Part shown: one piece after another, positions 33,739 to 45,470 of the stretch
How positions within the stretch are numbered: the first letter of the stretch is position 1
How the letters are laid out: each line of letters begins with the position of its first letter
Assembly: GCA_025594325.1 (NCBI GenBank)
Contig: JANHCV010000001.1
Location: forward strand, 124,001-188,000
From: Blastocladiella emersonii ATCC 22665
Lineage: Eukaryota; Fungi; Blastocladiomycota
DNA length: 64,000 bases
Reading direction: 5' to 3'
Position numbers and translations under genes: made by a program
Notes under the pieces: generated by a model
Told to the model about the DNA's origin: nothing
What the model saw: only the letters and a program-made list of their open reading frames with translations
Database searches by the model: none

Positions 33739-36351
33739 TCAGACAGGGATCAGCGGAAGCACCTCGGGCACGGCGCCGTGGCCGCCACCTTGGGCCGCCG
33801 TCGTGGCCACCGCGTCGGCGGCGGGTCCCGCGCCCGTGACGTTCCACGCAATGGACGCGAGCGGGCCCCACGTCGCACCCTGGGCGAGCAGCTCCGAGGC
33901 GCGGTCGCACATCTCGATGGCGAGCCCGCGCTCGACGCGGAACAGCGTGTGTACGTTCTTGTTCAGGTCGAGCGACGCGTGGTGCACGGGGACCCTGGAT
34001 CCGGCCGCGCCCTCGTCGAAGTCATCGTCGTCGCTGCCGACCGTGGTCGCGCCCGCGCCCGACTCGCTGCGAACGGACCACGTCGCGCCGGCGGCGGCGG
34101 CCCGCGACGGCGACGAGGTGAACAGCTGCGGTAGGTCGCGCTCGAGCATGACCCAGATCCCGGGCGGCGTGTCCGCGGGGCCGTTGACGAGTTGCGCCAG
34201 ACCCGGCACCGTGACGGGGATCGTCCCAGCGCGGGCCCCGTCGTTGTCAACAGCCGCGACCGGGGTCCCGTGGAGACGCGCCCACGCCATGAACCGGTGC
34301 GCGACGTCGTTCATGCCGAAATACGCGAGACCCATGGCCGAGATGAGCGCCGTGGTGGTGACCGCGAGCGCGAGCTCGGGGATCCCAAACGACTCGGCAA
34401 AGAAGAGGGCGGCGAACGGCGCGGCGAACCGCGACCACGAGAACCGCGACTTGACGAGGGTCCAGACGAGCAGGTTGGTGAACTTGGCCGGCAGCGGGGC
34501 AGCGCGGGCCGACTCGGCCGGGAACGTGAACCGGCGGGCGACCGTCTCGGTGATGTGCGCGACCACGTCGGCGCCGTGGGGGAGGCCGAGGTGGCGGCGC
34601 AGGTAGCGATGGCGCAGCTCAATGCCCACGCGCGACGCGAGGAAGATGGCCGCCACGGCGAGCGTGTAGGGCACAGGGGTGTGCGTAGCTGCATCTGGAT
34701 CGGAGGTTGAGGTGAGCACGGCGCGACCGAGCGTGGTCAGCGGCCACGCGAGCGCTGGGTGTAGCGAGCGCGTCCAGTCGAGCCACGACGGGACGGCCGA
34801 CTTGACGCCCTTGGCGGGCTTGCCGCCGCTGCCGGTCTTGCGCGAGTGCGCGTGCTGCTGGTTCTGCTGCTGCTCGCGGACCCACTTGTTGACGGCCTCG
34901 GCGGGCCGCGTGACGAGCTTGTCCTTGACGACCTTGACGGCCGACGCGACGCGGTCCGGGCCGCCGCCCGATCCCGAGCCGTAGTCGTACCCGCCGTCGT
35001 GCTGCTGCTGCTTCTCCTCCTTGAGCTGGCGCTGGTTCTGCGTGTCACGGCGACGCTGGTCCTCGATGCGGGCCAGGGCGCGCGCTTGGTCGAGTGCCTC
35101 GGCGAGGATCTCCTCGTTGTGGGCGGCGTACATGCGGGCCTCGTCGACGCGCTGGCGTGCAGCGAGCTCGGTCAGGTGCACGAGCTTGTCGGCGACGCGG
35201 CGCGAGCGGTCGAGGAGCTTCTCGATGTGGCGGGCGAGGGCAGCCGGGTGGGCCAGCGCCATATCGTGGTCGTAGTCGTAGCTGTGGTCGTGGTGTAGAT
35301 GGCGGCGGTCGTACTCGTCGCGGTCCATGGGGTACGGGCGGTACCGCTCCCAGTCCGTGGTCTGGTCGTCGCCCGTGTCGGGACCGCCGTGGCCGTGGCC
35401 GTGGCCGTGGCCCGCCGTACCGCGCCAGAGCGCGTGCTCGACGCCCTTTTCGAGCCGGGCAAACTTATCGACGACGGCGCCGACCGCCTCGCGCGATCCA
35501 TCGACGACGCGACGCGCGCGCTCCTCGACACCTTGGACGGCGCCCTCGACGACGGCCGCGCCACCGGCAGCAGCGTGCAGGATCGACTCGCGCGCGCCCT
35601 CGACGGCATCACCAGCGCGCGACGCGGCCGACTGCGCGAGTCCAGCGACGGCGGCCTTGGTGTCCTGTGCGACCGCCGCCGCGGCCTCGAGCTGGCGCTC
35701 GACGGTCTGCACGGTCCCGGCAGCCGTGTCGTGTACGGCGTGTGCGGCCGAAGCCGCCGTGTCGCGCGCCGCATGGGCAGCCGAAGCCGCCGTATCACGG
35801 GCAGCGTGGGCGGCCGAGGCCGCGGCATCCCGCGCGGCAGCTGCTGCGTCAGCGGCCGAGTCGCGAGCGACGGCCGCGGACCCCTGCACGGCGTATGCTG
35901 CGTGGGTCGCCGCGTGCTTGAGGTCGCCCGCGGCGTGCTGGAGATCGGCGGCGGCGCGGCGCATCTCGACCTTGGGCGGCTCGTGCGGCGCGCGGAACAG
36001 ATCCGACACCTTTTTGCGCCAGCCGCCGCTGGCACCGTGTGCGGCCGCTGGCGCCGCGGGGCGGGGCAGGTCTCGGCGCTGCTGCTGCTGCTGCTGCTGC
36101 TCGTGGTGGTGGTCGGCGCGGTGCGCGACGCGGTGCCAGATGGCGGCGCCGTCAGGATGGTTGGGGTCGATGTCGCCCGCGCCGAGATCGACGTGCAGGT
36201 GCGACTTGACCGTGGCGTCGACGACGCGGTGGTGCTCGTGCTCGTGCTCGTGCTCGTGCTCACGGTGATGAGCTGGGTGATGGTCGTCGCCGCCCTTGTC
36301 GCGGTCGCGGGCGGGCGACACAGGCCGTTGGGCGGCGTGGTAGTTGGGCAT
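33739..36351 (-). CDS. Orphan 870-aa protein with an 11-mer amphipathic (LEA/perilipin-like) repeat tract, His-rich segments and a C-terminal hydrophobic region
   Basis: Long intronless ORF with repeats AARDTAASAAH, a coiled-coil-like segment and hydrophobic helices (YTLAVAAIFLASRV; FAAPFAALFFAESFGIPELALAVTTTALISAMGLAYFG). A TATA-like element and a CCAAT lie upstream near 36595-36615. Confidence 0.75.
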   Translation of the reverse strand: MPNYHAAQRPVSPARDRDKGGDDHHPAHHREHEHEHEHEHHRVVDATVKSHLHVDLGAGDIDPNHPDGAAIWHRVAHRADHHHEQQQQQQQRRDLPRPAAPAAAHGASGGWRKKVSDLFRAPHEPPKVEMRRAAADLQHAAGDLKHAATHAAYAVQGSAAVARDSAADAAAAARDAAASAAHAARDTAASAAHAARDTAASAAHAVHDTAAGTVQTVERQLEAAAAVAQDTKAAVAGLAQSAASRAGDAVEGARESILHAAAGGAAVVEGAVQGVEERARRVVDGSREAVGAVVDKFARLEKGVEHALWRGTAGHGHGHGHGGPDTGDDQTTDWERYRPYPMDRDEYDRRHLHHDHSYDYDHDMALAHPAALARHIEKLLDRSRRVADKLVHLTELAARQRVDEARMYAAHNEEILAEALDQARALARIEDQRRRDTQNQRQLKEEKQQQHDGGYDYGSGSGGGPDRVASAVKVVKDKLVTRPAEAVNKWVREQQQNQQHAHSRKTGSGGKPAKGVKSAVPSWLDWTRSLHPALAWPLTTLGRAVLTSTSDPDAATHTPVPYTLAVAAIFLASRVGIELRHRYLRRHLGLPHGADVVAHITETVARRFTFPAESARAAPLPAKFTNLLVWTLVKSRFSWSRFAAPFAALFFAESFGIPELALAVTTTALISAMGLAYFGMNDVAHRFMAWARLHGTPVAAVDNDGARAGTIPVTVPGLAQLVNGPADTPPGIWVMLERDLPQLFTSSPSRAAAAGATWSVRSESGAGATTVGSDDDDFDEGAAGSRVPVHHASLDLNKNVHTLFRVERGLAIEMCDRASELLAQGATWGPLASIAWNVTGAGPAADAVATTAAQGGGHGAVPEVLPLIPV

Positions 36352-36810
36352 GGCGGTGGGTGGTTGTAGAGCGGCGGCAGCGACGGACGCGTGAGAGCGC
36401 GTTTAGCGAGAGGCGAGAGAGCGGGGGAGCGAGAGAGCGGGGGCGCGCTGCGGGAGTGCCGAGTCACTCGCCCGCGGCCAAAGAGACGCGACGCGCGGGT
36501 GGCGCAACGCGCCCAACGCGCGACTCACGGTCATCTCAGCACCCTCGCTGCAACACCCTGTGACGCTCGACTGAGACACGCGCGAGGCGGAGAGTACCAA
36601 TAATTGGCGTTATATTCTCAAGGGCGTGGAGCGCCCGCGCGCGGTGGCGGAGGGGAGAGGAGCGATCGATATGGACAGGGAGGGAATGATTTGGGCATTT
36701 TTTACAGGGCAATTTTGGGGAGGGAGAGGGATAGACGATAGATGGGTAGCGCGAGGAGGGGAGGTCCACCGACGGATCGAATGCAGATGTACAGGGAGAG
36801 AGGTGTGTGC

Positions 36811-38766
36811 CTAGATGTCGTCGTCGTGCGACCTCGCTGGTGTCCCACAGCTAAGGCCCACCGGCGGCGACGACGAGGGTGCCACGACCGCAAACGAGTT
36901 GGTCCCGAGCCCGTCGCACGCGGTGTCGCCCGCGTGTGACGCCGACGGCGGCGACGGCGGAGGCGACGAGGGGGACCGCGCCATGTCGGCCGACGACGTC
37001 GACGAAGCCGACGCGAGCAGCATCTGCCGGATCCACAGGAACGGCTCGAGCTCGTTGCCCGAGTACGGTGCGGACCCGCCGACTACCGATGCCGCCTCCA
37101 TGACAACCGCGTCCTCGCCCGGGAACCGAGGCTCGGGCGGGGACAGCGGAAGCGTGATGCCCGCCGCAAGCGATGGAATCGCTGCAGGTGTCGACGCCGA
37201 TGCCAGCGAGGCCGAGAGCACGGCCGCCGCGTCGTCCCACGGGATGTGCATGGCCGGGAGCGCGGGGCACACGTCGTACGTCGGCGACCGCGGCATGGGC
37301 GGTAGCGACACGCCGCCGAACGCCGACATGTCGAGGCCCGCGGCCATGGCCGAGACAGGCGGTGGTGGCGGAGGCGGGAGCGCCCACCGGATCCCGTGGC
37401 CGTCCGAGGCTGGTGACGACGACGAGGACGCGGGGACCAAGGACGATGTCGTCAGCCGGTGGACCGAAGCGTGCAGCAGGTCCTCCTCCTCGGGCGACAG
37501 CGGCGACGCGGATAGGTGAGGGGCCGGCAGCGCAAACGGGTCCGACGCAGCGAGCACGGTCGGGTCGAGCGACATGGCCCATGCCGGCAGCGACGCGGCG
37601 ATCTCCGCCGAGTCGGCCGACGAAGCCGACGCGGCATCGAGCGGCAGCGGCAGCACCGAGGAGGCAGCGCCGCGCTGCGCGTCCCGTGGCGGGGTCGGGA
37701 GCGGGGAAGCACGGCGCAGCGTCACGTCCGAGTTCGCGCCCACCAGCGGCGGCGACGTCGGTTTGGCGAACAGCGCGCTCGGGTCGACCACGCCGTTGTT
37801 CGCTGCACCGGAACCACCCGGAACGGCAGCGAATAACGGCGGGACGACCAGCGGCAGCGACGCGGTGGTGGCGGGTCGCGACCGGGCACGCCGTGGACCG
37901 GGCCCGATCATGGGTGATGCGGGAGCCGCGGGGACCGGTTCCGCTTCGGCGCCAGCTTCGGCCATGGGCGAGTCGGAATCGGCCCCATCCTGCTCCGCGT
38001 CCGACTCGGCGTCCGAGTCGCCCACCGAGTACCAGCTCGACGTGTCGAGGTCGACGCCGGCGTGAGGCGCCAGGGAGGGCGAACCTTCGCGCGAAGCGGC
38101 CCGGCTCGCGACGTACACGGCCGACGACGACGAGTAGGACGGGGTACAGCTGCCGCCGCCAAAGATGGCCGCCGGCGGATGGGCAGCAAAGGCGGAACCG
38201 GTCACGGTCGATGGGTGGCCCCCCTCGTCGGCGGGGACGACCGAGCGCAGGTACTCGTGCAGGTGCGATTTCAGGTCGGTGCTCGAACGGATGTGGTCTG
38301 TGCGGCGAGGGGATCGTTCCCGCGTTCATTGAGCAATCGTGTGTGGGTTGTAGGGCAGTGCAGAGGAGGGGAATGGGAGCGGCAATGCGCAGCGCGGGAC
38401 CAGCATGCACAATGTACGCACGAGGCCGGCGCGCGACGCAACGACACGACACGACACGACACGACAAGGCACGCTGGTGGCGAGGGCAGAAGCAGCGAAA
38501 AACGTACACTTGCGGCGAGCCTTGTCGACGACGACGCGCGCCAGGCGTTTCCCACGGCGCTTGGACGAGCGCTTGCGCACGCCGCCGCTGTGGACGCCGG
38601 TTGGCGAGGCCGACGAAGGCGAGGCGGGCGAGCTGCCGGCGCTGCGGTTGGGCGTCGACGCGCCCGAGGCCGGGCGGCGGGCGAGGTGCGGCACGGCGCG
38701 GGCGCCGTTGGGCTGCGAAACGAGGTGCGGGCGCAGGAGCGGAGGGAGGTGCGCCGGGCGAGGCAT
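36811..38766 (-). CDS. Orphan Ser/Pro/Ala-rich protein with an N-terminal basic helix, about 581 aa
   Basis: Proposed exon 1 38766-38508, intron 38507-38298 (GTACGT...CAG, 210 nt), exon 2 38297-36811, in frame with track ORF 36811..38205. The junction gives RKRSSKRRGKRLARVVVDKARRK|YHIRSSTDLKSHLHEYLRS. Confidence 0.6.
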
Positions 38767-40175
38767 GGTGACGTTGAGGGCGGGGAAGGGCAGAGAAGGG
38801 AGAGGACGAGGGGGACGAGAGGCGACAGGGGAGTGGGAATTCGCAGCCGGCGCAGTCGCGGGCCGACGGACCGACTGAACACAGACACGCGCGGCAAGCC
38901 GATCGACTCGACTCTTCAAAAACTACGAAACAGCACAGAGCGACACGACGAGGCAGCAGCCGTGCACGGTTCCGACCGACGCAGGGGAGCGAGGGAGCGA
39001 GGGACGGAGGGCTATGGCGGCAGAATCCGACCGGACGAGACGACAAATCGCGCGCGCACCCCGAGGCGTCCGGGCGGGCACGCAGAGGACGAGAAGCGAG
39101 GCGGGAAGACGAGCGCGCGAGCGTGAGCACTCGGTTCCTTCTTCCTCGTCACTACGACTCCAAGCTTCCAGCAACGGCGACGACGAGTACAGCAGCGAGC
39201 AGGGGCAAGAGAGGCAGCCAGAACACACACCCGCGAGCGGCGAGACTCGCGGAGGGCGGGCGGGAGCGGGCGAGCTTGCGTGCTCTGCGAGTGTGTACTG
39301 CGCGTGTGTGCGGAACCGACAGCGGCAGCGACTTGGGACGACCGCGCGGCAGGGGCGGGGCCGAGTCGGTGAGGCGGCGGGCTCGAGGGTGCGCGGTTGA
39401 ATGCGGCAAGATCCGAGTCGATTCGGCGTCGCTACGGCGTCCGACTCGATGGTCCCTCGGGTGCCGGCACGACGAATTCGGTTGCCGCGGTGGTGGGCAC
39501 AGGCGGCGACCGTGGAGACGAGGGAGCGGGAGGCACTCGAGCATCCCGTGATCTTCTGCCCGACTTTGACGGGCGTGGCAGCCACCCTGGCTCTGACGCA
39601 GCCTGACGTGGCGCGCGGCTCTCCAGCCCAGCGCTTCACGGCGGCGAGCGACGCGACGCGTCGGGGTCAGGCGCCGTGTTCCGCGCGTCGTGGGGGCGCA
39701 CTGCAGGGCGCACTGCACCCTCGCAAACACCGTCACGGCCACCCTCTCGGTAGCCCGACCTCCGACACACGCCCAGAGCAGTGTCCTGGGAGTGTGATGT
39801 GTGTGGCGACGCGCCACGGTAGCGGCCGGTTCCCTCGCGCGAGGGCGGTCAAGCGGGCGCGAGCAAACCGTGGGCTATCGGCGGCGACGAAGAGGACGAC
39901 GAGGGCAGGCGGCCTGTTCAACTTCCGCGTGGGCGAGTGCCAGTGCGATTTCTCGTTGGCGCTTATCCACGCGGCGTGGGAACTCGGTGTCCCTCCCCAA
40001 CGCTAATCAGCGCGCTCGGCCTCCCTCGGCCTCCCTCGCCCTCCCTTCTCTCTCTCCCCTCTCCCTCCGCTGCAAAGGGGCCAACGGCAACTACGCTGCT
40101 TCGTCTCGCCCGACGCAAGCTTCACCACCACGACGCATCAACACCACGCATCAACACCACGCCCCCTCCGCCACC

Positions 40176-42487
40176 ATGCGCTCCGTTTCTCGCCCGTGGC
40201 TGTTCGAGACGGCCTGGGAGGTCGCCAACAAGGGTGGGTGTCGCCTCGCCTCTTCGGCCCGCTCGCCGTGCACCGCCACGCCGTGCCCGAAGCGTACGCA
40301 GGGGCGCGTGCGTGTGTGCTGCACGGCGGCGCGTCGGTCATGTCCTGCATCAAACGCTCCATCACTCACCTTTGCGCGCCCCCCTGCACCCTCGCCGCAG
40401 TCGGCGGCATCTACACGGTCATCCGCACCAAGGCCCCCGTCACCGTCGCCGAGTACGGCAACCGCTACGTGCTCTTCGGCCCGCTCAACACTCGCACCGC
40501 CCCCATGGAGGTCGAGACCGCCGACCCCGCCCAGGTCTCGCTCGATCTCCGCGACGCCCTGCACGCCATGGCCGCCCACGGCGTCCGATACCAGTTTGGC
40601 CGCTGGCTCATTGACGGCGCGCCCTGGGTCGTGCTCTTCGACCTCGGCAGCGTCGCCCACCGCCTCGACGAGTGGCGCGGCGACATGGCCGCCAACCACG
40701 CCGTCCCGAGCCCGCCCGCCGACACCGAGACCAACGACGCCATCCTGTTCGGCTACCTCGTCGCCTGGCTCATTGGCGAGTTCCTCCACCGCGAGCAGCA
40801 CCACGCCCTCATTGCCCACTTCCACGAGTGGCAGGCCGGCGTCGCCCTGCCCCTCGTCCGCCGCCGCGGCTTCGACGTGGCCACCGTCTTCACCACCCAC
40901 GCCACCCTGCTCGGCCGCTACCTGTGCGCCGGCTCCGTCGACTTCTACAACAACCTGCGCCACTTTGACGTGGACGCCGAGTCGGGCCGCCGCGGCATCT
41001 ACCACCGCTACTGCATCGAGCGCGCCGCCACCCACTCGTCCACCGTCTTCACCACCGTCTCGCACATCACCGCCTTCGAGGCCGAGCACCTGCTCAAGCG
41101 CAAGCCCGACGGCGTCCTCCCCAACGGCCTCAACGTGGTCAAGTTTGCCGCCGTGCACGAGTTCCAGAACCTCCACGCCATCGCCAAGGACAAGATCCAC
41201 GATTTCGTGCGCGGCCACTTCTGCGGCCACTACGACTTTGACCTCGAGAACACGCTCTACTTCTTCACGGCCGGCCGCCAGGAGTTCCGCAACAAGGGCG
41301 TCGACATGTACCTCGAGGCCCTCGCTCGCCTCAACGGCCGCCTCAAGGGCATGGGCTCCAAGACCACGGTCGTCGCCTTCGTCATCATGCCCGCGCCCAA
41401 CCACTCGTTCACGGCCGACGCCCTCAAGGGCCACGCCGTCATCAAGTCGCTCAAGGACACGGTCGCCGAGCTGCAGCGCAAGATTGGCGAGCGCCTGTTC
41501 GAGGCGGCCGCGCGCGGCACGCTGCCCGACGCGGCGTCCACGACGCTGCTGACGCCCGAGGAGAACGTGCTGCTCAAGCGCCGCGTCTACGCGCTCAAGC
41601 GCGACACGCTGCCGCCCGTGGTCACCCACAACATGACCGACGACGCCAACGACCCCGTGCTCGGGTCGGTGCGCCGCCTGCACCTCTTCAACCACAGCGC
41701 CGACCGCGTCAAGGTCATCTACCACCCCGAGTTCCTCAACGCCAACAACCCGCTGTTTGGCCTCGACTACGAGGAGTTTGTGCGCGGGTGCCACCTCGGC
41801 GTGTTCCCGAGCTACTACGAGCCGTGGGGGTACACGCCCGCCGAGTGCACGGTCATGGGCGTGCCGAGCATCACCACCAACCTGTCGGGCTTCGGCTGCT
41901 ACATGGAGGAGATTATCGAGACGCCCGACGACTACGGCATCTACATTGTCGACCGCCGCCTAAAGTCGGTCGAGGAGTCGGTCGAGCACCTCACGGACAA
42001 GATGCTCCACTTTGTCCTCAAGTCGCGCCGCCAGCGCATCAACCTGCGCAACCGCACTGAGCGCCTGTCCGACATTCTCGACTGGAAGCGCATGGGCCTC
42101 GAGTACGTCAAGGCCCGCCACCTCGCCCTCAAGCGCGCGTACCCGGGTTCCTTTGACCGGTCCTCGTCTTCGTCCGCGGGTCCAGCGACGGGCCAGACCG
42201 GCTACTACCAGGACGAGTCCCCGTCCACGCCCGCATCGGCGACCAGCGCGGGCTCGGTGCCGCGCACGCCCACGGACGCGCCGCGCGTCAAGCGGCCCTT
42301 CTCGGCGCCCGGGTCCCCGCGCCTCCGCCACGCGTCGCCGCACCTCATGGCCGACGAGGAGGTCGGCGACCACGTCCTCGAGAAGCTCGAGCAGCTCGGC
42401 CTCGCACACGACGACGATGGCGAGGACGACGAGGACGCGCAGCATCAGCACGGCGCCGCCGAGGTCGAGTCGCGCGGGCGCAAGTAA
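40176..42487 (+). CDS. GSY: Glycogen synthase (GT3, fungal/animal type), about 714 aa
   Basis: Exons 40176-40233 and 40401-42487. Motifs [54 protein letters not shown], the Arg cluster [16 protein letters not shown] and the phosphosite motif RPFSAPGSP. Confidence 0.99.
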
Positions 42488-43470
42488 AGGAGGAGAGGGG
42501 TCGGGAGTGGGGAGTCCATCTCAATGTATTCATCGTTTCATTCGGATAGCGCGTCTGCCTCGCTCTCATTACTCCGGACCCGGACCAAGTCGTCACGGTA
42601 TCCTGTCGACCACGTTCGCGACTGAGCCCGGTGCAAGCGTAAGCTGGACTGATGCAGCGGGATCGTGATCATGCGCGGGGTCTATGTGAGTGGGACGTGA
42701 CAAGGGTGTGGACGCGAACAGCGCCGCACATCTCGAGGAAAAACCATTGGAAGAGGCCAAAGTAGCAACATACGCCCTCGCAGGCGGGAGAAAGTAGCAG
42801 AAAATCGCGGGCCTCAGCTATCTGGATCATATCCCGAACAGCGACACGAAGGTCACTTCGCAGGTCCTTGATGAATCTTCCTCGCCCGAATATGTATCTT
42901 AAATCATTGCAATCACATGTTAATGTGACGAAGATAGTGAGCAAATCGTGGTGCTGGCCGACCCGCATATTTGAGGCAGACGGTGGCCGGGGCCGGCGGC
43001 CGGCGGACAGCGACCGGGGAGGCAGAGTGCGGGTGGCCAAGGCCAACGTGCGGGGGCGTCAGGTGACCCGTTGCTATCCGAATTCACGTGGGTCATTTCG
43101 ACCCGTTTCGCTCCCGCGTTCCACCCCAAACATCGCTACGCCCATTCGATCGCGTGAGAGTGCATTCAGGATCTGTCAAAAGTAAGGCAAGTTCATCGCG
43201 ATGATTTCGGGAGGGTGACGTCCTGCTCACGGGGTCGACTATTGACGTGATCCGGCGCCGCCCGGCCAGGCGCCGATCTCTATTGATGCCATCGCTGCTC
43301 GTGTGCCTTTGATCCTCCCGAATCGACGACGACGACGCTCCGGTGCGCTCGTCACTGCCCGCAATGTTACTCTCATGGACTCGCAACTGACGCCCGACGC
43401 GTCGGCCACGCCCGCCGCCCGCCACCGAATCCGCTTCTAGGAATCGACCGTTCACGCAACCAACACCACC

Positions 43471-43998
43471 ATGCTCGCCGTCCGCCGCTTCACCAACACT
43501 GGCGCCTGCCGCCAGGCCCTGTCCGCCCGCGTCCGCATGGCGTCGTCGCAGGCTGCCCGTACGCGTCCCCTCGCGCAAGGCGAGCACGACGTTAACAATG
43601 ATGCTAACGCCCGCGCTCCATTTGTAGCCGAGGCCGGCTCGCGCATGCACGGCAGTACGCACTGGTCGTGGGAGCGCATCTTCTCGGCTGCGCTTCTGCC
43701 GTCGCTCGGCTACGCGGTCGTCGCTGGCCCGAACGCCATCAACGACATGGCGCTCGGCGTGCTGATCCCGATCCACCTGCACATGGGCTTCGACGCCATC
43801 ATCACCGACTACATTCCGAAGCGCAACATGCGCGCGCTCAACGCGGCGGCCAACTGGACGCTGCGCTTCGGCACGCTCGCCATGGCGTACGGGTTCTGGA
43901 CGCTCAACACGTCGGATGTCGGCCTCACCGAGACGTTCCGCCGCGTGTGGCGCGCGCCCCAGGAGCAGCGCAAGGTCGAGGAGGCCCAGAAGGCCTAA
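43471..43998 (+). CDS. SDH4: Succinate dehydrogenase membrane anchor (CybS/Sdh4), about 152 aa spliced
   Basis: Presequence MLAVRRF; predicted intron 43559-43627 (GTACGC...GCTAAC...TAG). Motifs HGSTHWSWERIFS, IHLHMGFDAIITDY and NTSDVGLTETFRRVW. Confidence 0.93.
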   Translation: MLAVRRFTNTGACRQALSARVRMASSQAARTRPLAQGEHDVNNDANARAPFVAEAGSRMHGSTHWSWERIFSAALLPSLGYAVVAGPNAINDMALGVLIPIHLHMGFDAIITDYIPKRNMRALNAAANWTLRFGTLAMAYGFWTLNTSDVGLTETFRRVWRAPQEQRKVEEAQKA

Positions 43999-44320
43999 GC
44001 CGCTGTCCTTCGTGCCCTGCCCTGCAGCCCGCTCACACTACCCTTCTCCTACCCACGCGCTGTCCCCTCATGATGAAAACACGAAAAACACTAAATGGTA
44101 ATCCGCCACCGACGACGACGAAACCCCTTCTTCCCAGAATTCGTCAGCCTGCGCTCAGCTGAAGGGAGGGAGGCCTCGGGCTCTGGGCGACGGTTCGCGC
44201 GTGCCCGACCGTGCACACGCTCCAAACTCCCGCTCGATTTCTCTCTCACCTGCTTCTCAACACGCGCACAATCAAGTTCAAAAAATGGAATAGAAACCTT
44301 AAAGATGTTGTTACCGTACG

Positions 44321-45292
44321 TTACTTGGCCGACTCGAGCTGCTTGCGGACCTCCTCGGCAAAGTCCGGGGTGGCAGGCTGCTCAATGCCCTCGCCGACCT
44401 CGAACCGCACAAAGTCGCGGACGTCGGCCTTGGCGGCGGCCAGGACCTTGGCGACGGTGACCTCCTCGACGCCGTCGCTCTCAAAGAAGGACGAGGCGGC
44501 GACGAAGGGCGCCTGGGCGAGCTCGCGGACCGTGGGCGGGTTGAAGCCGACGACGACCTGGGCGAGCTGCTTGGCGAGCTTGGCGTGCTCGGGCGTCATG
44601 GCCTTGCCCGAGAGCGACACAATGGCACCGAGGCGGCTGAGGCCGGCGGCGCGGGCGGCCTTGTCACCGTGGACGTAGGCGCCGGCGACAAAGGAGGTCG
44701 GGTCGGGGGTGGCGACGACGGCGGCGCGGCGCACGGTCAGGTTCTCGCCGAGCGAGCCGATGCACTCGACGACGCGCGCGGCGACGGTCACGGGGGTTGC
44801 GCTGGGCGCGGTGGCGGTCGCGGCGTCGGCGATCGGGGCCTGCACGACCTCGGGGATCGAGAGCGGCTCGATGGCGCCAGCGGGGGCCGCGCCGCCGGCG
44901 ACGAGGTAGGCGGTCAGGGCGGTGCGGTGGACGAGGTCCTTGAAGACGTCGCCGCGCGCGACAAAGTCGGTCTCCGAGTTGACCTCGACGATGGCGGCGC
45001 CCAGCGGCATGTCGGCGACGCCGACGAGGCCGTCGCGCGCGATGCGGCCCTGGACCTTGGCGGCCTTGGACGCGCCCGTGGCGGCGGCCTGGTCGGCGAG
45101 CCACGCAACGGCAGCATCGTAGTCGTTGGCGGTGGCCACGAGCGCCTTCTTGGCCAGCGACAGCGGGATCCCCTCGTGCTCCTTGCGCAGCTTGGCCAGC
45201 AGCGCCACGGCGGGCTTGACGGGCGCGGCGGCGGCAGCAGCAGCCGTGGTGTAGCAGCGGCGCGCGGCCGACAGGGTGGCGGTGCGGAGCAT
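44321..45292 (-). CDS. TSF1: Mitochondrial elongation factor Ts, 323 aa
   Basis: Presequence MLRTATLSAARRCY; UBA-like LLAKLRKE...AKKAL; EVNSETDFVAR, LGENLTVRR, AKQLAQVVVGFNP, FVRFEVGEG. Confidence 0.93.
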   Translation of the reverse strand: MLRTATLSAARRCYTTAAAAAAAPVKPAVALLAKLRKEHEGIPLSLAKKALVATANDYDAAVAWLADQAAATGASKAAKVQGRIARDGLVGVADMPLGAAIVEVNSETDFVARGDVFKDLVHRTALTAYLVAGGAAPAGAIEPLSIPEVVQAPIADAATATAPSATPVTVAARVVECIGSLGENLTVRRAAVVATPDPTSFVAGAYVHGDKAARAAGLSRLGAIVSLSGKAMTPEHAKLAKQLAQVVVGFNPPTVRELAQAPFVAASSFFESDGVEEVTVAKVLAAAKADVRDFVRFEVGEGIEQPATPDFAEEVRKQLESAK

Positions 45293-45470
45293 GGTGTTGA
45301 TTCGTTTGCAAAGCGGCAGGGCAGGGCAGGGCAGAGAGAGCGGGAAGGGTGGAAGGGGTCGCTGCGTGTTGATCCGACCCGGCAGTCGCGATCACGCCGC
45401 CGGTTTGACTGTGAGCCACCGAGGCCGCGGCCCGCGCTCCCCCCCACCAACCGCGACAACGCTCCCTACC

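Noticed and set aside
40196-40400. Track ORF reading through GSY intron 1, with an intronic in-frame ATG
   Set aside because: It would lose the conserved [10 protein letters not shown] motif; the spliced model restores KVGGIYTV exactly.
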